A DNA stretch of 61,867 nt, counting the filler, from Chiloscyllium plagiosum (taxonomy: Eukaryota), in the NCBI RefSeq assembly GCF_004010195.1. It is 5 parts of one record of this genome, joined end to end, with 100 filler letters (N's around TTAATTAATTAA, not from the genome) between each part and the next. Parts side by side here need not be neighbours in the genome. Positions count along the whole stretch, not along the records: positions 1 to 25,583 come from NC_057714.1; 4 more parts are not named here. One strand, given 5' to 3'. The notes beneath the pieces were generated by a model that saw only the letters and a program-made list of their open reading frames with translations, was not told the DNA's origin and ran no database searches. Shown in pieces: positions 1 through 12,385 of this stretch. Both the position numbers and the translations under genes were made by a program. Positions within the stretch are counted from its first letter, which is position 1; every line of letters begins with the position of its first letter.

Positions 1-146
1 TGGTGATTTGTTGTCTGAGCGTGGCTGTTGGTTTGTGTGCCGTTATGAGTCCTAGGGGTCGCAGTAGTCTGGCTGTCAGTTCTGAGATGCTCCTGATGTA
101 TGGTAGTGTGGCTAGTCTTTTTGGTTGTGGTATGTCCTCGTTCCGT
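1..146 (-). mobile_element. Penelope-like element fragment (RT-to-endonuclease linker region), inverted relative to the copy at 149-645
   Basis: Reverse complement reads ...PQPKRLATLPYIRSISELTARLLRPLGLITAHKPTATLRQQIT, a typical PLE LPY...S linker. Its end (1-18) overlaps, with one mismatch, the start of the + strand piece at 149-166. Confidence 0.8.
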
Positions 147-148
147 GG

Positions 149-645
149 TCAGACAACAACTCACCAGAACGAAGGACCCGATACCCAACATGAGCAAGAC
201 GAATGTAGTGTACAAAATACCATGCAAGGACTGCACTAAACACTATATAGGACAAACAGGAAGACAGCTAACAATCCGCATACATGAACATCAACTAGCC
301 ACGAAACGACACGACCAGCTATCCTGAGACAACAAGCAACATGAATTCGACTGGGACAACACTACTATCATAGGGCAAGCCAGACAGAGAACAGCCAGGG
401 AATTCCTAGAGGCATGACATTCATCTACAAACTCCATCAACAAACACATCGACTTGGACCCAATATACCAACCACTACAGAGGACAGCTGAAACTGACAA
501 CCGGAAGCGGCAGGGACAGACCACTATAAACACCGGAGGAAACATCAAAGAAGCGCTTCGCAGGAGGCTCCCAAGCACTGATGATGTCGCCTAGCCAGGG
601 GACGAAACGTTTGCAACAAAAACTTCCAGCTCGGCGAACAGAACC
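149..645 (+). mobile_element. Penelope-like element 3' part: GIY-YIG endonuclease remnant and pseudo-LTR
   Basis: Translates to NVVYKIPCKDCTKHYIGQTGRQLTIRIHEH (GIY-YIG with CxxC), disrupted downstream, followed by a 3' region with a hammerhead core. Confidence 0.9.
575..614 (+). ncRNA. Minimal type I hammerhead ribozyme motif in PLE pseudo-LTR
   Basis: gca-CTGATGA-t-gtcgcct(agcc)aggggac-GAAA-cgTT-tgc: intact core, stem II hairpin, GCA/TGC stem I, palindromic ACGT at stem III. Confidence 0.75.
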
Positions 646-1993
646 TTCTTAAAATATTCACTTTCATATTGCAGGCTCTTGAGGCCTCAAGCAAGCAATA
701 TGTTGTTGCAACATTAAGTTTCCTTTTACTGAACATTTATCTGTATATCATTTAAGTAGAAGCTTTACAAAATCAAAGTGTACAAGGCAATTCTTCATGA
801 ATTTAGTGTGGGCATATTGGTGTTCTGTTATAGACAATTTGGAAACATATCTTTGGCATCACAACAATGTACTGATGATAATGGAAATCAATGGCAACAC
901 AATGAGTAGTTTAATGCACTGTAATGAGTTTGACAAAACAAATGTTGAATTATAAATCATATATGAGACTTTGTTAATACAATGTTTTCTTTTCAAGTTC
1001 TCACTGGGCAGTACCGATGTTGCTGAAAATGATCAGTCAACATTTATTTTCAAGTGTGACATTTTTAAATTATACTAACTTCATTCTGAGTTCTATTTCC
1101 CAAGAGTTCATCAAACCAATTACAGCTGGTTCTGACATAGCTCGTTAGTTCTGTTCTCATGCAATCTCGTGTTGTAAGAAAATCGCGTAGTATTCTTTCC
1201 ACAAAGAATTCCACAAAGCACCATAAACTACATTGAGGTCTGGAGAAAATGTTAATATGAAAAGCAGCTCCATATTGGTAAGGTACATTCCAGACTTTTG
1301 ATCATTAAGATAAAGAAAATCCACATGAAATATAATTATCTTGCATTAACTTAAGTTAGGACACAGCTGAAACTAAATGTTTAGTATAAGTAAAATTTAA
1401 AAAAACATTTCTTTTGTGCTTTTCATGCTGACTGGGTATTTCAAAGTTGTCAACACATTTTTAAAGTATAGTAACAAATATAAGAAATGCAGCAATCAAT
1501 TTCTCCACAACAAGCTCTCTCACAAACACCCATTTGATAGTAACCAGATAAAGTGAACATCACTAAAGTAGGTTGAGACAAATATTGGCCAGGACACTGG
1601 AAATAACTCTCCTGTTCTCTGTCAGTGTATTATTCTCTCTGTACTGAATTTGAGTGTCCACAGCTATGTTTGCACTCAAGTCTCTAAAGTGGGATTCAAA
1701 CTTGGAACATTTTGACGCAGGAGTGAAAGTGCTATCCAGATTCAAGCTGACAATAAAACATTTACAAATGTGGTTCATGAATTCATGCTATGAAACAATG
1801 ATGACGTAGTGGACAATAGTCACTAAGTTAATTAAACATCTTTGTAAACCACCAATTATGTAAAAATATCTATATTTCTTTCGTGGTATATACAGATGCC
1901 AGCTATAATCTTTCAGCTCCACCTCTGTGTGATTTCAAACATGCAGTCTAATATCTTGAAGAAAATCTTTAAAAAAGTTTGAAAACCCAGCTA

Positions 1994-2151
1994 GGAGAAA
2001 GTGAGGGCTCCAAATGCTGGAGATCAGAGTTGAAAATGTGTTGCTGGAAAAGTGCAGGAACCTGAAGAAGGGCTCATGCCCGAAACGTCGATTCTCCTGC
2101 TCCTTGGATGCTGCCTGATCTGCTGCGTGTTTCCAGCAACACATTTTCAGC
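1994..2151. mobile_element. Short inverted-repeat PLE pseudo-LTR insertion with hammerhead core
   Basis: Minus-oriented terminal segment joined to a plus-oriented CTGAAGA-a-gggc(tcat)gccc-GAAA-cGTC unit (2062-2089). Flanked by tttgaaaaccca(g/t)cta at 1978-1993 and 2152-2167 (16-bp TSD, 1 mismatch). Confidence 0.85.
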
Positions 2152-4277
2152 TTTGAAAACCCATCTATACATATAAATAACATAGATAAATGAAAATATA
2201 CATCTATTCTAAAGATCTTCACTGAAAATTATTTCAAGCATAGGTCAATATGGTTTTGAAATACTTAACAACTGAGGCTCTTGTTCAAAATGCTATTGTC
2301 ACAATGTAAGTGAAACTGAGAAGATGACTTTTTAATTCTTTAAATGTGAGAGCTTTCAAATATAAATCCTAATAGCCAAAGTTTGCATGCTAATAAGGCG
2401 AATGACACTTACCACTACAAGGAAGCATCTGGCACAGCAAGTTGTGCACATGCAGAGTTAAACATGGCTGTTGGTTTGCATTGCGTCTCCATGTGTTTTG
2501 ATGAACTGGTAGCTCACTGATCGATTTGGCTCTAACATTCATTATGGCATGAAATGGATGTATTTAACCAATGGATACTTAACAAAAATGGCAAAGACAG
2601 TTATGAACAATAGATTCTGGTTTAGGTAAATTTCTAATTGACTGCAGAGTCTTAAAGTGTTGTGAATTTTTTTGTTGGAAAATTAAAATAAAAATCTTCA
2701 CCAGTTTTGCATTCTGTATTTTATCGCTATTTGCTTCCTGTGCATGATTTTACAATAATTAGATATTCTAATTCATACTTTCTGGTTTGGACTCTTCAAT
2801 GTGAATTTCTATAAAGACAACAACCTGTTCATTGTTACTGAAAAAACTCTGAATCTAAAAATTTCATTCCTGTATGTGGCACCAACATTTTTGCATGGGT
2901 TGAGTACAAATGAGGATGGATTCCATGTTGCATAGCCATGGTTCACGAATGCAGTTGCCCTTGTTAAATTGCAGCTACCTCAGGTTGATCTGATTCTCAT
3001 TTGTGGAATGTCCATAACACGATATACACTTTAGACTTGATAGGAGAAGGTCTAAAACTATTGAAGTACTTTACAGCAGTAACGTTTTTGGACACAGTCC
3101 CAGGGCATCTTTGAGAGAGGAAAGCTGTGCTTTGGGAGAGATAAGGTGCCCTTTAGAATTGTTAAAAGTGGACATAAATGAGCATAAACACATTAGAACT
3201 GTCAATAGCACTGTAAAACGATGTCAAAGGGGAGCTGTAAAGGCATTTAAAACTGCTACCTTTATGTATTAGAAAAGAAGTCTGCAGTGGTTAAGAAAAA
3301 GTACTTCACTCTGTTGACATATGCCTGAGGGCTTATTGCAGGATTAGGAATGGATGATTAATTTCACAATTTTACCCTTACCACAGTGAATGCCTGTATT
3401 TCACAATCTGACAGCTGAAAGTGGTTTAAACACTTGAAACTAAGAATAATGCTTGTTTTTAATGAGGGATAAAATAAAGTTAAAAGGAGTAAATGGCTTT
3501 TTCATCCGAATGTTCTTTTTGTAAATGGTGAATTCTTTAAAAGATACTTAAGAACTTTATCACATTTCAGCATAGATCACAAGATCTGTCCAAGGTGGAT
3601 AATGGGTGAATTGGTATGGTAGTTGTAAAGGTGGTAGTGGGGTGCACAGGTGACATTAAGACAGCAAATGGGTTAAAGGTTGGGTGACAGGGCACCAGTG
3701 GAATAGGGGTTTTAAAAGATTATGGGAGTGGGTTCAGAAGACCATCAGGTAGCCAGACAGGTATGAGAATCATGGATTTTGGGGTAGGGCACAGGTTGAC
3801 ATGAAGGGTATGAGAAGCCATGGGGATGCGTAAAGAGACACAGCTCAGCATAGAGGCTAGTAGGGAATGAATAAGGGGTACAAAGTGGCAAGGGGAATGA
3901 AAGAGGGCAGAGGATTTTAAACAAAAAACTGAAGTGCCGAAATACAAAGGCAGGACTTCTACCCATTCCACTTCTGTCACCCACCACTACCATGCATGCC
4001 CATTCCCCAGAACAAAAATACAAAGTTCCGGATTAGGCTTTTGGAGCTGGGAATTTTCCTGATTCTGCTTGGAAACAAACATGGAGTGCACTCGTGTAAA
4101 ATAGGGTTCCAATTGCAAGGTTTCCTTTGCAATTCTTCAGAGGTTAAGTTGTCAGATATATTGAATTTAACTTGGGAGCTGACTAAGATAAGATTATTGG
4201 ATACTTCTAGCTCAGTATCAAACCCATTATACTATAGTACCCATTCAGCATTACTTAAAATGACAAAGTATTATATG

Positions 4278-4450
4278 ATTAAATTAGGTTGCCCGCAGCA
4301 TAGAAACAGGCCCTTCAGCCCAACAAGTCCACACCAACCCGCCGTACAGTAACCCACCCAGACCCATTTCCCAACATTTACCACTGACTAATGCACCTAA
4401 CACTATGGGCAATTTAGCCTAGCCAATTCACCTGATCTGCACATCTTTTG
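4278..4450 (-). mobile_element. HE1-like V-SINE 3' fragment
   Basis: Matches the reverse complement of the 3' half of the SINE at 45745-46073 (aaacaggcccttcagcccaacaagtccac...gggcaatttagc). Confidence 0.8.
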
Positions 4451-4689
4451 CAACATAATTTGCCTCTTGATGTTAAATGTCACCTCGGAAATAGGTAAAT
4501 GTACCTGGACTATGTAATATTGGGATGCCAATAAAATACATTTAAGGCTGCTTTCACAAAACCAGACACCAAAATCCATTTCAAGATATTATATGCTGAT
4601 TTGATAAAAACATTTAACTATAGTCATAACTAGATGTCACTGGATAACAAATATGTCAGAAACCCAGCAGGTTCTAGATTGAAATTAAA

Positions 4690-5030
4690 GTATGATCAAA
4701 TTAAAGACAGGATTGTTTTCTACATAAGAGATTCTCAGTGAGTACACATGTGCTAAGAGAGGAGGAATTTACTGTCAGGAAAGCAAATGACATTTGCAGA
4801 AATGCTGAGCTTGTAAGTCAACAGCTACAGCATAGTCACTATAGAACAGACCTGTCTTGCATTATACGCTCTTACATGTTCAGGCCCAAAGGGTCTAATA
4901 ATCACAAACTAAGGGCAGAACGCAAATACTGTGGAAGAAGTTATGCAAAGGAGAAAAAGGCACGTCCAGCATGAAGAAACCAGTGTTGCACTGCATGATG
5001 CTGAATCATTTTGCACACCATTATTTAGTG
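4690..5030 (+). mobile_element. Degraded Ty3/Gypsy gag remnant
   Basis: IKDRIVF...VLREEEFTVRKANDICRNAE and a decayed zinc-knuckle region (KYCGRS...PA...LNHFA) with stops and frameshifts. Confidence 0.5.
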
Positions 5031-7201
5031 AGAAGGAAGCACAGGAAGAAAATATCGATGGACACTGGAAATATATCAGCTGAATATTCTGATGAATCAC
5101 TCCACACAACACAACAATTTGGTTCAGTCAGGTTAACGACACTTGGTTTGTGACCTGCACTAGATGAAGGAAGAAGTCCTGGATCTTTCATTGCATGAGC
5201 CACTGACAGTAGAGGTAGCCGACATAACATTGCTGGTACTCACTAACACTCATTGCACAACGATCATTCTAGCCCTGACCTCTCAAACTCAGCAACCCCA
5301 TCTTCCTAATTGTCAGTCAGGCCTGTCCAAAACCTGGGACATAACTTGACATTCTCAGAGACTGCCTATAGTCCGCTGGATGTGCACTACTCAAAATGGC
5401 TACGGCTAGGACTGTAAAGCTGCTGGCCAATTAGATGGATCAGCAATTCCACAAGGCAGGACTTCCACCAGATGGGCTGGATGTCTCATCTTTAAATAAT
5501 TAACAGTTCCCAGCGTAAAAGTGCTGGTGGGCAACTGGGTCTTGTGTGGATAGGTTGTTGATTGATTATAAAAAATGAGGTGCAGAGGGTTGATGTGAAA
5601 GGAGAGACAAGGATTAAAAGTATTGAAAGAGGTTTTATATTGATCTGTGGAATTGGACTAAACTCTCTCCAGACAGAAGACAGCCTACTAACTCGCAATC
5701 TGCCCACTTCCATCTCAAGCTCAAATCTGCTTTCGACACCAGGTTGCGCATACCTCCTATGGATGAAAGTCCTACCACCAGTGGTGCCTGGCTAGAAGAT
5801 GGATCACAACATTTGGAAAATTGCTGACTCCTGCCTTAATGATGAAAATCCAGTCTCCAGTGCAGGAAGAATATCAATATAAACATTATCTTAATGCTAA
5901 GCATACAGTTTTCTATTCAGCAAACTCAGAGGAGAAACATGGTCACACCAATTTAAAACCCAATGTTAATCCAAACATCTTTATGAAATGTCTATCATTA
6001 CTCCCCACCTGTCTAAATCTTCACACCCACATAATGTGCCAAATTTATGCACATAGATGCATGGTGCTCTATTTCTCATCTGTGCCTGCAAACAAATTTA
6101 GCTTTTAAAATCCTTCCAGTTCTTACATGATGATGTTTCTCGAAATACTTTGATAGTACAAGATCAATCAGACAAAGCATCTACAATGTATGAAATATTA
6201 TGAGAATGTAATCAATCTAAGCGGGAATTATAATGTGCTTATCTTTTGCTAAACATATGCAGTACTGCTCCCTTGGCAGACTGTTAGGGCTGTAATTGCT
6301 TTTGCTAATATTGTTAAAACTTTCATACATGGAGTGTACCAGCGAATCCCACTGAGAATCATCCTCCTCCTTCTCCCTTTTACAGGAAGTGATTATATTT
6401 CAATCCTAAAACAGACATAATTTGTGCATGCAAAATAAATTTAAATCCTTGCGACATTATAAATAAAAAATTAAAAACTGGAAACCACTTGGAATGCATC
6501 AACAGACCTGCAGAATATTTATCAGTATTTTCAGTTCTCATTTCAGATTTCCAGCATTCATAATAATTTACCCCGATATTAAATGTCAGCTAGAAAATAG
6601 GGAAATGCACCCGGACTGAGAGATTTTGGGATGCCTGGTCAACACAGAAGAATTCGGCCAAAGGATCTGTTTCCATGCTGGATGACTCTTTCACTCTGTA
6701 CAAGATAATGGTGTAGCAATAGCAAAGCCAAGTCAAACCTAATGTATTGTGCACTTCTTTGCCTTTGAGATCAGACATTGGCAATATCATACATAATTGA
6801 ACATTAAGGTCACATTTGACTCCAACAACTTGCACTCTATTTTGTTGACAATTTTTCATTTGAAAGATCAAGTTCAATTGCACAATACAAAACGACAAGA
6901 AGCTAGGAGTTCAGTTCAACTGCATATGCTAACAATGCATCACTGTAAATAAAAGTCATCACACAATGATTTTGAACTTCATTGCCAGTCTTTGAATTCT
7001 GGACTCAGAAGTCCTGCTACTGTTTGGAATAAATATTAAATTTAAATATAAATGGAAAAATTTAGCTACAAAACAAATTTTAATAGAAACTAAATATAAA
7101 CATGAGTCATACAAATCTATAATTTTTATGCACCATCGCAGAAAAGAAACTGAAATAAAGAAAAGACAAAGAACTCGCATGCGCTGTATCTATTTGCTCA
7201 C

Positions 7202-7243
7202 CTATATAGAATCCACTGACAAGGTCACCATATTCAGCATCTT
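7202..7243 (-). CDS. MPP7: MPP7 HOOK-region 42-nt cassette exon, (E)DAEYGDLVSGFYI(A)
   Basis: Long polypyrimidine tract ...cctttctccag|AAGATGCT...TATATAG|gtgagc; phase 1-1, open frame. Resembles the exon ending ...GHYV(A) in MPP3 and ...KFFI(A) in MPP4, just before GF/LRRS. Confidence 0.8.
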   Translation of the reverse strand, partial: KMLNMVTLSVDSI

Positions 7244-7659
7244 CTGGAGAAAGGATATAACCACAATGAACAAAGGCCAGGAAAATAAACAGAAAAGTTA
7301 GAAGCTAAGCCACAATTGCAGATACAACGTATGCCATTACAATATATTGGCTCCAATTAACCAAGCACGACATTGCCTTGGATCACTGAGTTTTCGTCTT
7401 ATATTGGAATGTCCTTCTGACCGTTTGCACATTTTTGCAAAACTATTTGCAAATAATATTTTAAAGAGGAAGGAAAGGAAAAAGAGCAGATGCATGTCAT
7501 AACATTTCAACTAACATGAATACTAGTTTTGTAAATATATAATATACACCATTTTGATTTCTGAATTTCACATCTAAACACAAAATATCCTAATTAAAAC
7601 ATATCCCAATACAGTGTAAAAGATATATTAACCTTTTTATTGAAAACATTTAGCTGAGA

Positions 7660-8200
7660 ATCCCCTTTTTTTTGTTCCTGGGATGTAACGATTGCTGGCT
7701 GGTCCAGTATTTATTGCTCTGGAGGAATTAGAGGTGAGCTGCCTCCTGAACTGTTACAAACCATATGGTAAAGGGACAGGGAGGAAATCTGAAGATATTG
7801 ACCCAGCAACAGGAAAGGAACATATTTCCAAGCTGTGACTTGGAGGGGAGCTTGCAGACGGTGGTCTTCTCATATATCTGCTGCTCTTGACCTTCTTCAC
7901 GATGCAAATTGTAGGTTTGGAAGATGTTGAAAAATGAGGATTGGCGAGTTATTGAAATGTAGTTTGGAGATGGTACCATTTTGAAGGAAGTGAATGCTGA
8001 AAGTGGTAGTTGTAATGGCGATCAAGTGTGCTGCTTTTCCTGGATGGTATTGAGCTGTCTCAGAAGCAGTACTCATTCAAACAAATGGAGAGTAGCCCAT
8101 CACACTCCTGACTTGTGTCATGTAGCTAGTGGACAGAGAGTGGGGAGTCAAGAAGTGAATTATTTGCTGCAGAATTCCTAGACTCTGACCTGGTCTTGTT
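7660..8200 (-). mobile_element. CR1/L2-group LINE 3' fragment (same family as 48956-49942)
   Basis: Shares tcctggatggt.ttgagc and ggggagtca.ga.gtg...tgc.g.a..attcc with 49050-49350. Its 3' end resembles the Deu-type SINE tail. Confidence 0.65.
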
Positions 8201-8549
8201 CTTGTTGTCTTTTCACATCCACAATATCTTTCTTTCAGAGCTACTATCATTCACATAGCTAGAGGCTGCTATTCAAATCAAATTTCTACAGATACAGTTC
8301 AGGGTTATCATTATAATGTAACATGTTTTCATAAGCAATTTTCATTATATAATCCCCTGACCTCGAATAGACAACATTGCCTCGACTTTATGTCACAGAA
8401 CATAAACAAATTATCAAACATATTTTGCTGTTCAAGATTTTGTAATGTATTATAAAAAACTGCAAAAGGTTAGTGAGCACTTTCAGGTTGTTGCTCAGTA
8501 TATACAGCCTGTTGCTAAGTATATACAGCCTGTATGTACATCTTATGAA

Positions 8550-9325
8550 TATATGAAATCAGAGGCGGCAGGCCATTCAGCCCCACAAGCCTAATCTGCC
8601 ACTGGAGGAGGATCATGGTTGATCTACTTGTGTTTCATTTCACTCTATCATAAAGAACCTTTCATTCCCTTGTTTATCAAGAGCCTACCTTCCCAACTTT
8701 AAAAATATTCAACAACAAAGTTTCCAATGCCTTCTGAGGTAAAGAATTTTAAGTTGTACCACTTTTTGTGAAGAAATTTCTCTTATCTTGAGTTTTAAAA
8801 CAATGTTCCCTAGTCCTGGCCTGCTCTACAAGAGGTGGTTGCCTTGTGAAGGCCATTCAGGATCTTCTACAAGTCATCCTTCACTCTTCTAACTTCCAGT
8901 AGAAATGAGCCCAGCCTGTCCAACCTATCTTCCTAAGGCAACCGACCCATTCTAGGTACTAATCTAATAACTCTCTTTTGAACCAGCTCCAAGGTATTTA
9001 AATCCTTCTTTAAATATGAAGACTAAAGTTACATATAGTATTTAAGATGTGGTTTTGGCAACACCCTGTATCAGTGAAGCAGAATGCCCTTGTTTTTATT
9101 TTCAATTTTGCTCGTAATTAAAGGTAGACTTTCACTAGCCTCTTGATTACATACTGAAACCTTCTGTGCCTCATGCTCTAGAATGCCCAGATCCCTTTGT
9201 ACCAAAGAACTCCAGAGTCATTCTCCATTTCAATTTTTTTTATTATTCCTGACCAAGTATTCAACTTTACAGTCTCCCACATTATACTCCATCTGTCAGA
9301 GTTTTGCCCACTCACTCAACTTGTA
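8550..9325 (-). mobile_element. Old CR1 LINE 3' fragment
   Basis: CR1 3' UTR signature (ggccattcagccc) and decayed RT C-terminal sequence on the minus strand. Confidence 0.7.
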
Positions 9326-9340
9326 TATAACTATTTTGCA

Positions 9341-9547
9341 GGAGAACGTGAGGACTGCAGATGCTGGAGATCAGAGCTGAAAAATGTGTTGCTGGAAAAG
9401 CGCAGCAGGTCAGGCAGCAAAGAACAGAAGAATCGACGTTTCGGGCATAAGCCCTTCTTCAGGAATCCTTATGCCCGAAACGTCGATTCTCCTGCTCCTT
9501 TGATGCTACCTGACCTGCTGCGCTTTTCCAGCAACACAGTTTTCAGC
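9341..9547. mobile_element. Short inverted-repeat PLE pseudo-LTR insertion with intact hammerhead core (minus strand, 9431-9466)
   Basis: Arms 9376-9450 and 9469-9547 are inverted copies. Perfect 15-bp TSD tataactattttgca at 9326-9340 and 9548-9562. Confidence 0.9.
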
Positions 9548-10939
9548 TATAACTATTTTGCATAAAGAATTAGGGGCAGAGTGGAACCACGCATTTGTAA
9601 AATACAAAGTGTGCTTGAAAAGATTATTTTAAATCCATCACAGATGCTGATATTTCAGCAATGCAAATTGGTCAAGAATTTTTAGCCTCACTTAGACAAC
9701 CTAGTGATCTTTTCAATTCAATACACATTTCATGTGCAAAACAACCAATGTCACTGTCATATAAATGTTAATGCTCATAACTGGAATTAAAAATTAGCTC
9801 CAGAATACTTTTCAAGTCTTGGAGACTAACTTATAACCATTTTAAGAACTGCTGCCACAGTAACATTGTAGTTTATGAACAGTTACATATTCTCTAAGTT
9901 AAGCATCATTTAAGTGTGCTAGTATGCTAATACACTGTGTTTCTTCTGATCTATTTTGTTTTTCCAGTTTTACTTGTTACCTGAAAGTTTGCATTTTCTC
10001 TGATATAATCAACTAAGTCCAGTGAATTGTTTCATAAACAAGAGAATGGGTTGCTTATCATTTACATGGTGATGCTTGCCAATAACTTGTGACATCTACG
10101 ACATTATTCCACTGATTGAAGATTTACTGAGTTAATTGAATGAAAGAAAATTAAATTATCTGAGCGTTTACTACTTCTTCCATCTACAAATCAAATTAAT
10201 ACTATGTCTACCACTGAGTGGGTGATCATGAAGGTTTCAAATTGCATTCCTGCTTGCTTATAGTAATGCTCCAATCTAGTTAAGAAAGATTACTCATGGC
10301 CTGAATTTAGTGTTAATAAGATGTGAGGCTATCAACATTCAATGCTATTACAGATGAAGTGTAACTTCTAATATCCACACTAGTTATGATTAGGTACAGA
10401 AATCAGGAAGCTGTTGTTGACTTGTCCTGCTCTTACATAACATTTCCTTGAGAAGATGTTTGGCATTAGTTATGGTATTTATCCATTAGATATAAAGTAA
10501 ACATTCCAGGAAAAGCTAGAAATTGTCCATTCAAGTTGAATTGATTTTAATCAATCTCTTCAGCACTGAAAATTTATTTTTGCACAAATGGGAATCTTCA
10601 GAAATTATTTTATTCTGGAGATTCAAAACTTTAAAAAAATTTTAATCAATCTTTTTCCTCGCACTGACTCCCTTCATCCCATCTATTTTTCTCTGTTCAT
10701 TTTGCTTTCTGTGTATGAATTAACATGAAACTTATTTTACCAAGCATCTAAGAGAAGGGCTTGGAGTTGGGAAGCCTTGTAAAATGGTGGAACAAGGCAT
10801 CAGAGAACACCAGATGTCTTTCTGCAGCCATGGGATATTCCTCAGAGAGGGAGCAGTTGTGCATGGCTGCTTATTGACTGGAAATGGATAGCCAATTAAA
10901 CCTCCACAACTGCTGATCCTCAGGCTCCTCTGAGAAGTG

Positions 10940-11274
10940 GAGAGAGATGACAGTCTGGTAGTATTATCACTGGACTGATGATCAAGAGACCCAGGTAATT
11001 GCTCTGGGGACCCAGGCTTGAATCCTGCCACAGCAGATGGTGGAATTGGAAATCAAAATAAAAAAAATCTGGAATTAAGAGTTTAATTGATGACATGAAT
11101 CCACTATCGATTATCAGGAAAAATCCATCTGGTTCACTAACAGCCTTTAGAGAAGGGAACTGCTGCCATCTTTACCATATGGTTTCAGATTCATAGTAAT
11201 GTGGCTGACTCTGAACTGCCCTCTGAGCAATTAGGGATGGGTGGTGCCTTTATCCCATGAATGAATAAAAAAAG
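10940..11274 (+). mobile_element. tRNA-headed Deu-domain SINE (SacSINE1-like)
   Basis: tRNA-like head (gacccagg...ggcttgaatcc), central aaatccatctggttcactaa...tttagagaaggg block, tail caattagggatggg...cccatgaatgaataaaaaaa. Confidence 0.7.
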
Positions 11275-12074
11275 GCACATTCCTGTCAAATGGACAACAG
11301 TGTGGTTGGCTGTTTCTCAACTAGTCGTCACTGATAACATCCTGCCCAAGGTCTCATTGACTTTCCATAATAATTCGGACCAAGTAGTGAGCCAACTCCC
11401 GTTTTTCCTATTTGTCCTTGAATTTGATCCTGTGTGTGTCAACAGGGATTCTTCAACCAGACAAAGGGACATGTTGTTGCTTTTGTACAAACTGTACACT
11501 AAGACTTTGTTGCACACAAAGGCAGAACAAGGCATGGGAATAAAACATACATGGACTGATCCTGAAGGATGCTGAATGAATCCAGAGACCTTGAGATTAT
11601 GATATACAAACTTCTGAAAGTTTAAATGCAGCTAGATGAAAGTCATAGGACGATGAGTGATATTTTTCATTTTCTAATCAGAAGCATAAGCTACTAGAGG
11701 AAAGAGGAAATAATGAATCTGTACAATGTAATGGTTAAGCCACAAATATAATGCATTGTGTAGTTCGAGTTGCTACATTATAAGAAATATATTAAAAATG
11801 TAGATTCACTGGGGTGATTCATCTGGATAATAAATTACAATTATGAAAAGGAACTGAAATACTGGTACTATTTTCACTTAAACGGAATTTATGTTCATAT
11901 GAAATAAACTTCTATTCAAAAAGTTTATATCCTATTTATCCTCAAAGCAACTTCATCTGGCTGGGTTATCAGTGATAAGTGATTGATTTAAATGGTGATT
12001 GGGCAGCAAGGAGAAAATACATTTTTATGCCATAGCTTGGTGGAACACACTGTGATAAAGGTATTGGATGAGTA

Positions 12075-12385
12075 ATTCAAAAGGGCCAGGTTCAAATAGA
12101 TACATGGGTTCAAATTCAATTAATAACTTTGGAATTGAAAATTAATTTCAATAACCATCACTACAAAACTGGCACTAATTGTCATTCACTGTTGTCCTTT
12201 AAGGAAGCAAATCAACCAGCATTACATAATTTGGCTTTGATGCAAATCCATATCCACAGAAATGTGGCTGACTCTTAACTGTCCCCTCACATGGTCTAGC
12301 AGGCTACTTAGTTCAACAGCAATTAGGGATGGGCAATCAATGCTGGACCAAGGGGTGACAGTCACATCCTATCAGCAAAAAAAAG
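12075..12385 (+). mobile_element. Older Deu-domain SINE copy
   Basis: Shares atgtggctgactct.aactg.ccctc and gcaattagggatggg with 10940-11274. Confidence 0.6.

Noticed and set aside
1935..1992. Next MPP7 exon (ag|CT GGG TTT, 'AGF...')
   Set aside because: Continues AGFSNFFK rather than AGFRRSFRL, and the acceptor is supplied by a TE end; the GK-side exons were not found in the window.
2413..2520. Minus-strand exon ending at a strong G|gtaagt donor
   Set aside because: The phase-compatible frame contains a stop, no good acceptor, no MPP similarity.
6300..6340. SMYE match to MPP7 KSMYEC
   Set aside because: Flanking translation is unrelated and there are no suitable splice sites.
7550..7573. 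24-nt phase 1-1 microexon candidate (DVKFRNQN)
   Set aside because: Weak gtgtat donor and no similarity to MPP3/4 peptides; worth including only in a read search.
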